A stretch of 60,991 bases of DNA from Paenacidovorax caeni (GTDB taxonomy: Bacteria; Pseudomonadota; Gammaproteobacteria; Burkholderiales; Burkholderiaceae_C): positions 1 through 60,991 of the forward strand of contig CALRTF020000001.1 in NCBI GenBank assembly GCA_943370985.1. The letters run 5' to 3'. The notes under the pieces are model-generated. The model was not told the origin of the DNA. It saw nothing but the letters and a program-made list of their open reading frames with translations, and ran no database searches. The position numbers and the translations under genes were made by a program. This document shows positions 34,579-47,143 of the stretch, piece after piece. Positions within the stretch are counted from its first letter, which is position 1. The number at the start of each line of letters is the position of its first letter.

Positions 34579-36284
34579 CGGGCGGCCCTCAGCGCGGCCA
34601 GCCGGCTGCGCGCGTTGGCTTCGTCAAAACCTGCAGCCTTTCCCTGCGCCAGCCCCAGGGCGGTTTCGTAATACTGGGCTGCGAGGCCGGACTTGCGCAT
34701 GTGATCAAGCGCCACCGCCAGGTTGTAGGCAAACTGCGGCTCCTTCGGTGCCAGGGAATGCGCCTTGAAAAACAGCGGCTGCGCTTCCGACCAGCGCTGC
34801 TCGCCGGACAGCACCAGTGCCAGCGCGTGGTTGAGGTCGGCCTCCTGCGGCGAACGGGCCAGCAATTCGCGCAGGCGCGACTCCTGCTGCGGCTCACCGG
34901 CGGCCCGGCTCAAGCTGCTGACGCCGGCCAATGCCGTGGCGTTTTGCGGCTCCAGGCGCAGCACCCGCCGATAGGCATCCATCGCCGGTTCCAGCTGGTT
35001 GTTCGCGTGGGCGATGACCGCCAGGCCCAGCCAGGCATCGCGCTGGGTGGCGTCGGCCTTGAGCACCTCGCGGTACAGGCGCGCCGCCTCGACGCTGTTG
35101 CCGGACTGGTAGGCCGCATAGGCCGAGTCCATCAGCGATGCGGGCCGGTTGGCGCCGGGAACCGCTGTTGGAGGCGCAGCACTGGCAGCCATGGGCGCCG
35201 CGGCGCGCACCGGCGCGCTGCGCGGTGCCTGGGTGCGAGCGGGCGCTGCCGCCCGTGCGGACACGTTGGCGGTCATCGCGCGTGGCGCCACAGCCTGCGC
35301 GGGCGGCGAAGCCGGTACAGCGGCCGGCGGGGCCGGCACTGCCGTCGCGACAGGCTCAGGCGGTGAAGCTGTCGGCAAGGCCGTCGTCACCGTGGCAGGC
35401 TCGGGCTCTGCCGGCGCTGCGCTGGCAACAACCGGCGCGGGCAAAGCCGGCTTGGCGACGCCCAGGCCGCTTGAAGAACCGAACAGCGCATCGCCGAAAA
35501 GCAGAAAGGCCACCAGCGGCAAGGCGACCAGCAGCGCCACGGCGGCCAGCACCATCTGGCGGCGCCTGTCCCCGGCCCGGGGCATGGCGGTTTTTTTCCG
35601 GCCGGCCATCACGCCTGCGGCTGACAGGGCCTGACGCGGCGTGGCGGCAAGGGCCGGGCTGGGCGGAGCCGGCTCGGGCTGTTTTGACGCAGGCTTCAGG
35701 CTGTCACCCTCTGCCGGGCGGGCATACACGTGGCGCTCAGCCGCGGGCTCTGGTGCCCTGCGCGCTGCCGGTTTGATGGGCACAGGGCCACTGATCCTTG
35801 CCTCGTCGGACACCGGCCGTTTGGATGCGACCGGATTGGCGATCAGCGCACCCCAGTTGGAACTGGAATCCTCCCAGGCGGGGCGGTCATAACGGCCGTA
35901 GGGATTCGCAGCCTTGCGGGGCGCCAGGGACGCCGGCACCACGGCCTCGGGCAGGGCCACGTCCTCCGCCGGCAGTTCGAAGTCAAGAAAACTCGCATCG
36001 GGTGCAGGCTCTGCGCCACCGAAGCCGGAATGGATTTTCGCGGCCGCCATCGCCTGCGGTGCAGGTTCTGGCTCCGGCTCCAGCCTCAGTTCGGGCACGG
36101 GTTCAGGCGTGTGTACAGGGGATTGGGCTTCCAGCGAGAGCTCCGGCGGCGCGGCCTGGTCTTGGGCAGCGACCGGCTTGCCGGGCATGAGGTCCGGTGC
36201 CGCAGCAGGCGTTTCGGCGTCCGCCAGCTTGCGCTTTTTGGAATCCTGCTCGGCCCGCCGCAACGCATCCAGCAACAAGCTCAT
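34575..36284 (-). CDS. TPR-containing membrane protein (MshN-like)
   Basis: MSLLLDALRRAE N-terminus, Pro/Ala-rich linkers, one TM, C-terminal TPRs. Confidence 0.82.
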   Translation of the reverse strand: MSLLLDALRRAEQDSKKRKLADAETPAAAPDLMPGKPVAAQDQAAPPELSLEAQSPVHTPEPVPELRLEPEPEPAPQAMAAAKIHSGFGGAEPAPDASFLDFELPAEDVALPEAVVPASLAPRKAANPYGRYDRPAWEDSSSNWGALIANPVASKRPVSDEARISGPVPIKPAARRAPEPAAERHVYARPAEGDSLKPASKQPEPAPPSPALAATPRQALSAAGVMAGRKKTAMPRAGDRRRQMVLAAVALLVALPLVAFLLFGDALFGSSSGLGVAKPALPAPVVASAAPAEPEPATVTTALPTASPPEPVATAVPAPPAAVPASPPAQAVAPRAMTANVSARAAAPARTQAPRSAPVRAAAPMAASAAPPTAVPGANRPASLMDSAYAAYQSGNSVEAARLYREVLKADATQRDAWLGLAVIAHANNQLEPAMDAYRRVLRLEPQNATALAGVSSLSRAAGEPQQESRLRELLARSPQEADLNHALALVLSGEQRWSEAQPLFFKAHSLAPKEPQFAYNLAVALDHMRKSGLAAQYYETALGLAQGKAAGFDEANARSRLAALRAAR

Positions 36285-38068
36285 TGGCGCCGCCCCACAG
36301 GCACCGGTGTGCCGATTGATAACTGGCTGCGGATGAAGGACGCATCACCATCGATGCTGGAATCGCGCAGGATGGTGGGTCTCAGGAAAATCACCAGTTC
36401 ACTCTTGTTGGACTGGTTGCTGCGCAGCTTGAACAGTTCGCCGACCACAGGAACGTCACCCACACCGGGAATCTGGTCGGTGACGTTGCTGCGGTCGTCC
36501 TGCATCAACCCGCCCAGCACGGCTGTCTCCCCGTCCCGCACCTTCATGATGGACTCGAATTCGCGGGTCTGTATTTCCGGAATGCGGTTGGTGATGCCGG
36601 CGATCGCCAGGGCCGGGCTGGGGTCGTTGGCATAACTGGTGATGCGCGACACCGAGGGCCGCAGGTTCAGGGTGATCTCGTTGTCATCCCCGACCTGCGC
36701 GGTCACATTCATCAGGAAGCCCACCGGCACTGTGTTGATGGTGGTGGTGTACACCGCTGCGGTGGCAGGCACGCCCAGCGACGCCGGTGTGCCGGGCGTC
36801 ACCGAAATCGTGAAGTAGACCTTGTTGTCGACCACCTTGAGCAGCGCCGCCTGATTGTTCATGACGCTGACCTTGGGGCTGGACAAAACGCGCGTACGGC
36901 CAAAGGATTCGAGCAGCCGCACCGCCGCACCGATGTCCGTGTTGCCATAGGAACGGCGTGCGGTGAACGTGCCCAGAAACGGCGGGTTCACGCCGGTAGA
37001 CAACGCTGTACCGCCACCCGCCGCCATCACCAGGCTCAGCGGCGTGTTCACCGCCGTACGGACCGCAGACCAGTTGATGCCCTGCTGGTAGTCGTTGGTC
37101 AGCGCGACCTCCACAATCGTGGCTTCGATCAGGACCTGCCGCCGTGCGTTGCCCACGACCTGATCCAGGAACTCGCGCACACGCGCATGTTGCTTGCCGG
37201 TTGCGCGCACGCTGATCACGCCGGTTTCGGGATTGGCAATCACCGATGCAGCTTCACGGTAAAGCGGCTGGGGGGCCACCACCGGGGCCGTCGCAGAGGC
37301 ATTGCCAGTCAGGGTTCGGGCAGCAGCACCGGCCGCTCCCGGCGCGGAAGAAACCGCAGCGGCGGGCGCAGGCGCAACGGGCGCAGCCACCGGCGCAGTG
37401 ACGGCCGCGGGATCGATCACCTTGTCGGTTTCACGCAGCAGGTCGCGGATGTTGTCGGTCAGTGTGGGCCAGAAACGGTTGTTCGAGACGTTGCGAATCG
37501 AGGCTGAAGAAGAATTGCCGGTACCCGTTGCTGTCCCCTGCCCGGTGGTGGCGACCTGCGACTCGGAACCCGTGCTGCTGGCCGATTCACGCGTGATGTT
37601 GGGATAGTCGACCTTGTACAGCCGCAAAAAAGGCGCATCGGGCAAGACGAACAGGTTTTTTCCTTCCAGTTCGTAACGCATGTCGATCTGGCGTGCCACA
37701 CGGTCCAGCAGTTCATGGATGGTCTGGTCCAGCGCATTGAGGGTGACCGTGCCCGTGATGCCGGGGTGGATGTCGAGATTAAGTTTGGCATCGCGCGCCA
37801 GCGCAAACAGCAGGGTTTGCGCATTGACGTTGCTGACCACCACGCTATAGGTTTCCTGCGGCACCACCGCCCGTGGCGCAGGCAGGCGCGGTGCGCCGGA
37901 GGACAGCGCGGGAATACCGCTTGCTTCGCTGGCCGAGGGCGCGATCGGAGGAATCTGGCCGGGGTCCTGCGCGAGGTGACCCGGCAACAGCGGCGGCGGC
38001 GGCGTGGCGCATCCGGCCAGCAGGATGCTGAGAAGTGCCAGGCGCCAGAAAGGACGGGGGGTATTCAA
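36281..38068 (-). CDS. Lipidated secretin (MshL-like)
   Basis: Lipobox LLAGC; QVLIEATIVEV, VLSSPKV, VLGGLM and KSELVIFLRP secretin motifs. Confidence 0.93.
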   Translation of the reverse strand: MNTPRPFWRLALLSILLAGCATPPPPLLPGHLAQDPGQIPPIAPSASEASGIPALSSGAPRLPAPRAVVPQETYSVVVSNVNAQTLLFALARDAKLNLDIHPGITGTVTLNALDQTIHELLDRVARQIDMRYELEGKNLFVLPDAPFLRLYKVDYPNITRESASSTGSESQVATTGQGTATGTGNSSSASIRNVSNNRFWPTLTDNIRDLLRETDKVIDPAAVTAPVAAPVAPAPAAAVSSAPGAAGAAARTLTGNASATAPVVAPQPLYREAASVIANPETGVISVRATGKQHARVREFLDQVVGNARRQVLIEATIVEVALTNDYQQGINWSAVRTAVNTPLSLVMAAGGGTALSTGVNPPFLGTFTARRSYGNTDIGAAVRLLESFGRTRVLSSPKVSVMNNQAALLKVVDNKVYFTISVTPGTPASLGVPATAAVYTTTINTVPVGFLMNVTAQVGDDNEITLNLRPSVSRITSYANDPSPALAIAGITNRIPEIQTREFESIMKVRDGETAVLGGLMQDDRSNVTDQIPGVGDVPVVGELFKLRSNQSNKSELVIFLRPTILRDSSIDGDASFIRSQLSIGTPVPVGRRQ

Positions 38069-39594
38069 GGGGCGGGTTCCTTCCGGATGGCGTCCAGGCT
38101 GCGTACGACCGGTTTGTAATGTTTCAGGGCCGGCGGCGAAGCGTCAATGAATTGCAGGGCCGCCGGCCGGCTGTCGAAGTGTCCCACGTACATCGCATGA
38201 AAAACCTGCCCCTGATAGAGCCGGTCGTGCACCAGCACCGGCACCACCGACGGTTCGCCGGTTTTGGCCGAGGCCTGGTCGAGCACCCGCTGGATTTCCT
38301 GGGCCATGATCATCACCTCGGCCTGGCGCGGGGCTTTCTGGGACAGGACCTGGACCGTGAAGCCACGCGTGGACGGCTCGCCGATGAACTGGTTGGTGGC
38401 CTGCATGCGGGTGGCCAGCGACTCCGAGCGCAAGGCGTCCGGCGGCGCCTTGACGGCCATGGCCACCACGTCCGAAGAAAGCGGCTTTTCAGGCAGCGCC
38501 GTGCTCAGATTCGCCACCGGCGCCACCTGGGTGAGAGGCACAGGCACCGGCACCGTCACCGGCACAGGCGCGGCCTGCGCCTCGACGACACCCGAAGCCA
38601 TCTGATGTGGCGCCACAGCGGCACGCGGTCGGGTCTCGGTTTGCGTTCGTGAGCCATAACCCAGTCCATACCCCAGCACCAGCACGGCCAGCGCACCGGC
38701 GCCCAGGGGAATCCAGCGCTTCCAGAGTGCAGCCGGGCGCAGGGACCGGCTGCCGGCGCCCAGAAGGCTGCGGCCTGCCTTGGGCAGACTGTCGCCGACC
38801 GCACGGCTGACCTGCTCCGCACCCACCCGCGACACCCCCTCGGCATAGGCCGCCAGCAGGGACTTGTCGGCCAGCATGTTCAGGCGCCGGGTGCGCCCGC
38901 CCGAGGCCTGGACCAGCAGCTTGAGCGCCTCGGCATCGAACAATTCGCCGCCCTGCCAGCCGGCCTTGTGCAGGCGGAAGCGCAGATAGGCCGAGGCCTC
39001 GTCGGCGTTGAGCGGCTGCAATTCAAAGCGGTGGCTGATGCGGTCCTTGACCTGGCGAAGCTGGGGCGCATCGAGCAGCTCGTCGAGCTCGGGCTGGCCA
39101 AACAGAACAATTTTCAGCAGCTTGTTCTGGGTGGTTTCCAGATTGGACAGGAGCCGGATTTCCTCCAGCGTGGTCGCCGGCATGCTGTGCGCCTCGTCGA
39201 TCACCACCACCACGCGCCGGCCCTGGGAGTAACGCTCGATCAGCACCGCCTCCAGCGCAGCCAGCATGTGCGCGCGGTTGCCCTGCGGCGGCTCGGTCAT
39301 CAGGTCGTGGGCGATGGCGCCGAGAATCTCGTCGCGGTCGAACACCGGGTTGGCCAGGTAAACGGTGTCGCAGGGCAGCGGGCGCAAGCGCTCCAGCAGC
39401 ATGCGGCTGAGCATGGTCTTGCCCATGCCGATTTCACCGACGACGCTGACGATGCCTTCGTCGTGCATGGCCGCCACGATCAGGCCTTCCAGAATATCCC
39501 CACGCTGCCCCCCGGTGAAAAAAAACTCCGTGTCAGGCGTGATGCGAAAGGGATCTGCCGTGAGGCTGAAATGGTCTAGATAAAGGACGCTCAT
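38065..39594 (-). CDS. ExeA/MshM-family AAA ATPase with a C-terminal SPOR-like segment
   Basis: YLDHFSL-PFRITPD, GEIGMGKT, VVIDEAH and LFGQPEL motifs. Confidence 0.92.
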   Translation of the reverse strand: MSVLYLDHFSLTADPFRITPDTEFFFTGGQRGDILEGLIVAAMHDEGIVSVVGEIGMGKTMLSRMLLERLRPLPCDTVYLANPVFDRDEILGAIAHDLMTEPPQGNRAHMLAALEAVLIERYSQGRRVVVVIDEAHSMPATTLEEIRLLSNLETTQNKLLKIVLFGQPELDELLDAPQLRQVKDRISHRFELQPLNADEASAYLRFRLHKAGWQGGELFDAEALKLLVQASGGRTRRLNMLADKSLLAAYAEGVSRVGAEQVSRAVGDSLPKAGRSLLGAGSRSLRPAALWKRWIPLGAGALAVLVLGYGLGYGSRTQTETRPRAAVAPHQMASGVVEAQAAPVPVTVPVPVPLTQVAPVANLSTALPEKPLSSDVVAMAVKAPPDALRSESLATRMQATNQFIGEPSTRGFTVQVLSQKAPRQAEVMIMAQEIQRVLDQASAKTGEPSVVPVLVHDRLYQGQVFHAMYVGHFDSRPAALQFIDASPPALKHYKPVVRSLDAIRKEPAP

Positions 39595-39718
39595 GTTGGT
39601 GCTACTTTTGGATTTATGCAGCTACCTGGCGATTATGTAATTGAAACAAGAAGTTACAGCAACTTGTTGTATTTAAACATATTTTCTACACGCAAGAAAT
39701 CACATATTGCGCATGAAG

Positions 39719-39979
39719 TCAGCAATCGGCGATGAGCGGCAGCCAGGCCGGATTCTGGTTGTCAGCACGCCACAAACAGGGCGGCGTGTGCCCGCGTCGG
39801 CGCACCACCCGGTGTGGGCGGCGGCGTGATCTTTTGTTGTTGTCGAACAGCGGATTCGGGGCCGCGACCAGCCCCCGGCGCGACGGGGACCGACGCCGGG
39901 CGGGAGCAGCCCTCGGCAACGAGGCTATGGAAGCGAGCTGCCGCCGGGTCGATCTGGCAGGCAGCGTCCCGGCGGCCAC
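39719..39979 (-). pseudogene. Possible decayed fragment resembling a LysR C-terminus
   Basis: Ends LWRADNQNPAWLPLI, similar to LysR substrate-domain C-termini; the rest is unrecognisable. Confidence 0.25.
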
Positions 39980-40013
39980 CGGCAGCGTCTGCCGGCTGGC
40001 GCTCAGCGCGCCG

Positions 40014-40652
40014 TCAGTGCAGCTTGCAGCCGGTCTTGGCCTGCAAGGCCTCCATGGTCACGCCGGGTGCCAGCTCGATCACCTTGAGGCCCTGGGGCGT
40101 GATGTCCATCACGGCGAGGTCGGTGATGATGCGGTCGATCACCGCCTTGCCGGTAAGGGGCAGCGTGCATTCAGGCAGGATTTTGAAGTCTTCCGTGCCA
40201 TCCTTTTTCTTCGCGACGTGCTCCATGAGCACGATGCAGCGCTTGACGCCGGCCACCAGGTCCATCGCGCCGCCCATGCCCTTGACCATCTTGCCGGGGA
40301 TCATCCAGTTGGCCAGGTCGCCCTTCTCGCTGACCTGCATCGCGCCAAGAATGCTCAGGTTGATCTTGCCGCCGCGAATCATCGCGAAGCTGTCATGGCT
40401 GCCGAAAATCGACGAACCCTTGATCGTGGTGACAGTCTGCTTGCCGGCGTTGATCAGGTCGGCGTCGACCTCGTCTTCGGTCGGGAAGGCGCCAATGCCC
40501 AGCATGCCGTTTTCCGACTGCAGCCAGACTTCCTTGTCGGCCGGCACGAAGTTGGCCACCAGCGTCGGGATGCCGATGCCGAGGTTCACGTAGAACCCGT
40601 CTTCGAGTTCCTGGGCGGCACGCGCCGCCATTTGGTCTTGGGTCCAGGGCAT
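40014..40652 (-). CDS. scoB: 3-oxoacid CoA-transferase subunit B
   Basis: [14 protein letters not shown] (catalytic Glu) and GMGGAMDL motifs. Confidence 0.88.
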   Translation of the reverse strand: MPWTQDQMAARAAQELEDGFYVNLGIGIPTLVANFVPADKEVWLQSENGMLGIGAFPTEDEVDADLINAGKQTVTTIKGSSIFGSHDSFAMIRGGKINLSILGAMQVSEKGDLANWMIPGKMVKGMGGAMDLVAGVKRCIVLMEHVAKKKDGTEDFKILPECTLPLTGKAVIDRIITDLAVMDITPQGLKVIELAPGVTMEALQAKTGCKLH

Positions 40653-40653
40653 A

Positions 40654-41355
40654 TCAGGCTTTCTCGGTAAGGGTGCGTTTTTCGATGCGTTTTTCCGGAG
40701 TGGCATTGAGCACGATGCGGTGCACATAAATGCCGGGCAGGTGGATGTCGTCCGGCGCCAGTTCGCCGACCTCGACGATTTTCTCGACCTCGACGATGCA
40801 GACCTTGCCGGCCATCGCAGCAGCGGGATTGAAGTTGCGGGCCGTGAGGTTGAAGCGCAGGTTGCCGGATTTGTCGGCCACGGCAGCCTTGACCAGCGCC
40901 ACGTCGGGCACCAGCGAGCGTTCCATCACATAGGTCTCGCCATCGAATTCACGCAATTCCTTGCCTTCGGCCACCTGGGTGCCGACACCGGTCTTGGTGA
41001 AAAAGGCCGGGATGCCGGCGCCGCCGGCACGCAGCTTTTCGGCCAGCGTGCCTTGCGGCGTGAACTCCAGCGCCAGTTCACCGGCCAGGTACTGGCGCTC
41101 GAACTCCTTGTTCTCACCGACGTAGCTGGAAATCATCTTGCTGATCTGGCGTGTCTCGAGCAACTTGCCCAGGCCGAAGCCGTCCACCCCGGCGTTGTTG
41201 GAGATCACGGTGAGGTCCTTGGTGCCGCTGTCGCGCAGGGCCTGGATCAGGGCCTCGGGAATGCCGCAGAGACCGAAACCGCCAACAGCCATCAGCTGGC
41301 CGTCCTTGACGACGCCCTTGAGGGCCTCGGCAGCGGAGGGAAAAAGTTTATTCAC
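40654..41355 (-). CDS. scoA: 3-oxoacid CoA-transferase subunit A
   Basis: [15 protein letters not shown] and PQGTLAE motifs. Confidence 0.88.
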   Translation of the reverse strand: MNKLFPSAAEALKGVVKDGQLMAVGGFGLCGIPEALIQALRDSGTKDLTVISNNAGVDGFGLGKLLETRQISKMISSYVGENKEFERQYLAGELALEFTPQGTLAEKLRAGGAGIPAFFTKTGVGTQVAEGKELREFDGETYVMERSLVPDVALVKAAVADKSGNLRFNLTARNFNPAAAMAGKVCIVEVEKIVEVGELAPDDIHLPGIYVHRIVLNATPEKRIEKRTLTEKA

Positions 41356-41446
41356 AAAAATCTCCTGGAGAACTTCAACAGATACTTCAAAAGCCGTACG
41401 ATACTACCTATCCTGATACGTAGTTACCCCTAAAGCCTAACCCTCG

Positions 41447-42019
41447 GTGATTCTCACAGACTCCATGGACATCGACTACCGCCTGGCCTTCAACATGGCA
41501 CCAGTCGGGCTGGTGCTGTCGCGCAACCGCGGCATCGTCGACTGCAACCAGCATGTGTGCGAAATGTTCGGCGCCACGCGCGAGCAACTGATCGGCCAGT
41601 CTTTCCAGATTCTCTACCCCAGCGCCGACGAGTACGAGCGCATAGGCGCGCGCATGTTGCCCATCCTCAATGCCAAGGGCCACTACGCCGACGACCGCAT
41701 CATGAAACGTGTGGACGGACGGCTCAAGGGCGAAACCTTCTGGTGCCATGTGACCGGCCGCGCGCTCAACCGTGCCGCGCCGCACGAGTCCGGCATCTGG
41801 ACCTTCGAGGACCTCAGTTCACGCCGGCCGGTCAAGGCCGAACTGACCGCGCGCGAACGCGAAGTCGCCGCGCACCTGATGGATGGCATGACCTCCAAGG
41901 AAATCGGCCGCGCCCTGGTGATCAGCCACCGCACCGTGGAAATTTACCGCGCCCGCCTGATGCGCAAGTACAAGGCCTCGACCACCGCCGACCTGGTGCA
42001 CAAGCTGATGGAAGGCTGA
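41447..42019 (+). CDS. PAS plus LuxR-type HTH transcriptional regulator
   Basis: N-terminal PAS-like domain; LTAREREV, SKEIG and ISHRTVEIYRARL; start 41447 or 41465. Confidence 0.9.
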   Translation: MILTDSMDIDYRLAFNMAPVGLVLSRNRGIVDCNQHVCEMFGATREQLIGQSFQILYPSADEYERIGARMLPILNAKGHYADDRIMKRVDGRLKGETFWCHVTGRALNRAAPHESGIWTFEDLSSRRPVKAELTAREREVAAHLMDGMTSKEIGRALVISHRTVEIYRARLMRKYKASTTADLVHKLMEG

Positions 42020-42107
42020 AGTCGCTGAGCGGCACGAGGCCGGCCCCAGCAGGGTTTCCCGGGACGGAACACAATGCGCTGCCGTTCCACTCTGCTGAAA
42101 GCTCTCC

Positions 42108-42632
42108 ATGCCGCTGACCCTCTACCAGGCTTCCGTCCCGGCCTTCGTGCGCGGACTCACCGTCCTTTCCGGCCTGCTGGCCAAGGCCAGGGCCCATGCC
42201 GAAGCGCAGGGCCTGGACCTGTCCACCCTCGTCAACGCCCGCCTCGCCGCCGACATGTACCCGCTGGCCGGGCAAATCCAGAGCGCCAGCGACGCCGCCA
42301 AGGCAGGCACGGCGCGCCTGGCCAAACTGGTGCCGCCAAGTTTCCCGGACACCGAAACCACCTTCGATGAGCTCGAGGCGCGGATTGCCAAAACCCTGGA
42401 CTTCATCGCAACCGTGAGCGAGGCCCAGATCAACAGCAACGAAGGCGGCAGCGTCGTCATGAAGGCCGGCGGCAAGGAACTGGCCTTCGCCAGCGAACCC
42501 TACTTGCTGGGATTTGTGCTGCCCAACTTCTATTTCCACATCACCACGGCCTACGACATCCTGCGCAGCCAGGGCGTGCCGCTGGTCAAAATGGACTATC
42601 TGGGCAGTTTCGACAGCCTCCAGAAGGTTTGA
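42108..42632 (+). CDS. DUF1993 family protein
   Basis: ARLAADMYPL, LPNFYFHITTAYDILR and KMDYLG motifs. Confidence 0.9.
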   Translation: MPLTLYQASVPAFVRGLTVLSGLLAKARAHAEAQGLDLSTLVNARLAADMYPLAGQIQSASDAAKAGTARLAKLVPPSFPDTETTFDELEARIAKTLDFIATVSEAQINSNEGGSVVMKAGGKELAFASEPYLLGFVLPNFYFHITTAYDILRSQGVPLVKMDYLGSFDSLQKV

Positions 42633-42635
42633 TAC

Positions 42636-42689
42636 GCTACAGTTTTTATAGCTGACAATCACCAGCCGGCGGGGGCTGATGGCAAAAAA
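42636..42689 (+). repeat. 54-bp motif, copy F (intergenic, between convergent genes)
   Basis: GCT-ACAGTTTTT-ATAGCT-N21-GCTGATGGCA-AAAAA. Confidence 0.8.
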
Positions 42690-42725
42690 TGCCCTGGGGC
42701 TTTCCGCAAAAGCGGCAGAGAGCCC

Positions 42726-43115
42726 TCAGGCCTTCCTCGGACCGTCGACCACCTCGGCCGCGGTCCTGAAAGCATCAACGGCCGTTGGCACGCCGCAGTA
42801 GACGGCCGCATGTAGCAACACCTCCTGCAGCTCCGCCGGCGTGGCGCCGTTGTTCAATGCGCCGCGCACATGGCCCCTGAGCTCATGCTGCTTGCCCAGC
42901 GCCGTCAGCATCGCGACGGTGATCAGGCTGCGCGTCTTGAGGTCCAGGCCGGGCCGCTGCCAGACATCGCCCCAGGCCCGGGCCGTGATGTGTTCCTGGA
43001 TGGGCCGCGTGAACTCGGTGGCATTGCCCAGCGCCTGGGCCACAAAGTCTTCGCCCATCACCTGCTTGCGCGTGGCGAGTCCCTTGTCAAAAGCTGTGTC
43101 CGAAGAAATGGTCAT
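42726..43115 (-). CDS. Carboxymuconolactone decarboxylase family protein
   Basis: AWGDVWQRPGL, HVRGALNNG and AVYCGVP motifs. Confidence 0.9.
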   Translation of the reverse strand: MTISSDTAFDKGLATRKQVMGEDFVAQALGNATEFTRPIQEHITARAWGDVWQRPGLDLKTRSLITVAMLTALGKQHELRGHVRGALNNGATPAELQEVLLHAAVYCGVPTAVDAFRTAAEVVDGPRKA

Positions 43116-43191
43116 GAGGCGCTCCGCAAAAAAGGTCGAGCATAGTGGAGACCAGACATCAGCATCGCCGGCACCCGCACCTGCTCCCATC

Positions 43192-43226
43192 AAAAAAGCC
43201 CGCCCCGGTTGTCGCCGGGACGGGCT
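43192..43226 (-). terminator. Intrinsic terminator after katG
   Basis: Minus strand AGCCCGTCCCGG-loop-CCGGGGCGGGCT followed by a T-run. Confidence 0.8.
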
Positions 43227-43248
43227 CATGTGCCTGCAGGCCGGGTGT

Positions 43249-45579
<2,331 letters not shown>

Positions 45580-45742
45580 CTAGGTTTCCCCGCAAAATAT
45601 TCAAAGTCAATTAAAGATATTTATTCGATAGCTTTTTTAAATATCCATGGTCGAGCCCTTTTGGCGGCTCATCCGGGGGCGCGGGCCATGCCGTAGTAGG
45701 CTTGCGCACAGACATTGACAAAAACTACTGAAAGAGACGCTG

Positions 45743-46354
45743 ATGAATCCCTCCGCCACACCAACTGCCACACCCCGCTATCCCGCGCCCGAGCTGAAAG
45801 ACCTGCCGGAAGACATCCGGGCCAAAATTCTTGAAGTGCAGGAAAAAGCCGGCTTTGTGCCGAATGTGTTCCTCGCGCTGGCACGGCGTCCGGCCGAGTG
45901 GCGGGCCTTTTTTGCTTACCACGACGCCCTGATGCTGCGGGAAGAATCGGGCCTCACCAAGGGTGATCGCGAGATGATTGTCACCACCACCAGCGCCGCC
46001 AACCAGTGCCTGTACTGCGTGGTGGCGCACGGCGCCTTGCTGCGGATTTACGAGAAGAAGCCGCTGGTGGCCGATCAGGTGGCGGTGAACTACCGCAAGG
46101 CCGACATCACGCCGCGCCAGCGCGCCATGCTGGATTTTGCGATGAAGGTGTGCGAGCGTTCGCACGAGGTGGAAGAGGCCGACTTTGCCGCACTGCAGGC
46201 GCACGGCTTTAGCGACGAGGACATCTGGGACATCGCGGCCATCACCGCGTTTTTCGGCCTGTCCAACCGCATCGCCAGCTTCTCGAACATGATGCCCAAT
46301 CCCGAGTTCTACCTGATGGGCCGCGTACCCAAGCCCAAGCCGGCCGCCGGATAG
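45743..46354 (+). CDS. Peroxidase-related enzyme (AhpD/CMD-like)
   Basis: GFVPNVF and NQCLYCVVAHG (CxxC-H) motifs. Confidence 0.9.
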   Translation: MNPSATPTATPRYPAPELKDLPEDIRAKILEVQEKAGFVPNVFLALARRPAEWRAFFAYHDALMLREESGLTKGDREMIVTTTSAANQCLYCVVAHGALLRIYEKKPLVADQVAVNYRKADITPRQRAMLDFAMKVCERSHEVEEADFAALQAHGFSDEDIWDIAAITAFFGLSNRIASFSNMMPNPEFYLMGRVPKPKPAAG

Positions 46355-46371
46355 CTTTGTTTTTGATAGCT
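46354..46371 (+). repeat. 54-bp motif, copy G (left half only)
   Basis: GCT-TTGTTTTTG-ATAGCT; the distal GCTG block and A/T tract are absent. Confidence 0.6.
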
Positions 46372-46435
46372 GCCATCGCCCGTGGTCGGGCCCCGCAGGG
46401 AACGTCCTCGTGCGACAGGCCGGCGGCCGGAAAAC

Positions 46436-47143
46436 TCATGAATCCAGCCCCGCCTTGAGTCGGCCCGCAACACGTGCAGAGACCATGCGTCGATGTTCCA
46501 GCATGCCCGCCGCCGATGCCCTGACCTGGTCCACCAGCTGCTCCGATGCGACGCGTGGGTGGCCGCTGTCGAAAGGCGGCGCTGGATCATATTCAAGCAG
46601 GAGTTGGAGCGCCCTGGCGGCATCGTCGCCGCGCAGCGTCGCAAGGACCGTGAACGCAAAGTCGAGGCCGGACGTGACGCCTGCGCCGGTGATCCGGTCC
46701 CGGTCCACCACCACACGCTGGTGGACAGGCTGAACGCCGAACTGACCGAGCTGGTCCAGTGACAACCAGTGGCACGTGGCCCGGTAGCCGCTCAACAGGC
46801 CGGCGGCCGCCAGGAGGAGCGAGCCTGTACATACGGAAGTGACAAGACCGGCACCCGCTGCCTGCTTGCGCAAAAAGCCAAGCACCTCCTCGTCTTCCAT
46901 CAGATCGGCCTGGCCTGGCCCTCCAGGAACGACGATGACGTCGAACTGCGGCGCGCCCGAGAAATCGATGTCGGGCAGGATGCGCAAGCCCGTGTCTCCG
47001 GAGATTGGCCGCATGTCTTTAGCCACCAGCTGCGCAATGCAGTCAGGTGCGCGTGCCAGAACCTCAAAAGGCCCCAGGATGTCCAGGGAAGTCATTTTCG
47101 GGAATGCGAGCATTCCAATGCGGGTTGTTTTTTGCAAGGTCAT
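46436..47143 (-). CDS. DJ-1/PfpI family protein, isonitrile hydratase-like
   Basis: LDILGP (Asp), VPGG, SVCTG, AGVTSGLD and LEYDPAPPFDSG motifs. Confidence 0.88.
   Translation of the reverse strand: MTLQKTTRIGMLAFPKMTSLDILGPFEVLARAPDCIAQLVAKDMRPISGDTGLRILPDIDFSGAPQFDVIVVPGGPGQADLMEDEEVLGFLRKQAAGAGLVTSVCTGSLLLAAAGLLSGYRATCHWLSLDQLGQFGVQPVHQRVVVDRDRITGAGVTSGLDFAFTVLATLRGDDAARALQLLLEYDPAPPFDSGHPRVASEQLVDQVRASAAGMLEHRRMVSARVAGRLKAGLDS

Noticed and set aside
25280-40010. tRNA-Gly-anchored integrative island
   Set aside because: No integrase and no duplicated tRNA 3' end found at the far side; adjacency alone is insufficient
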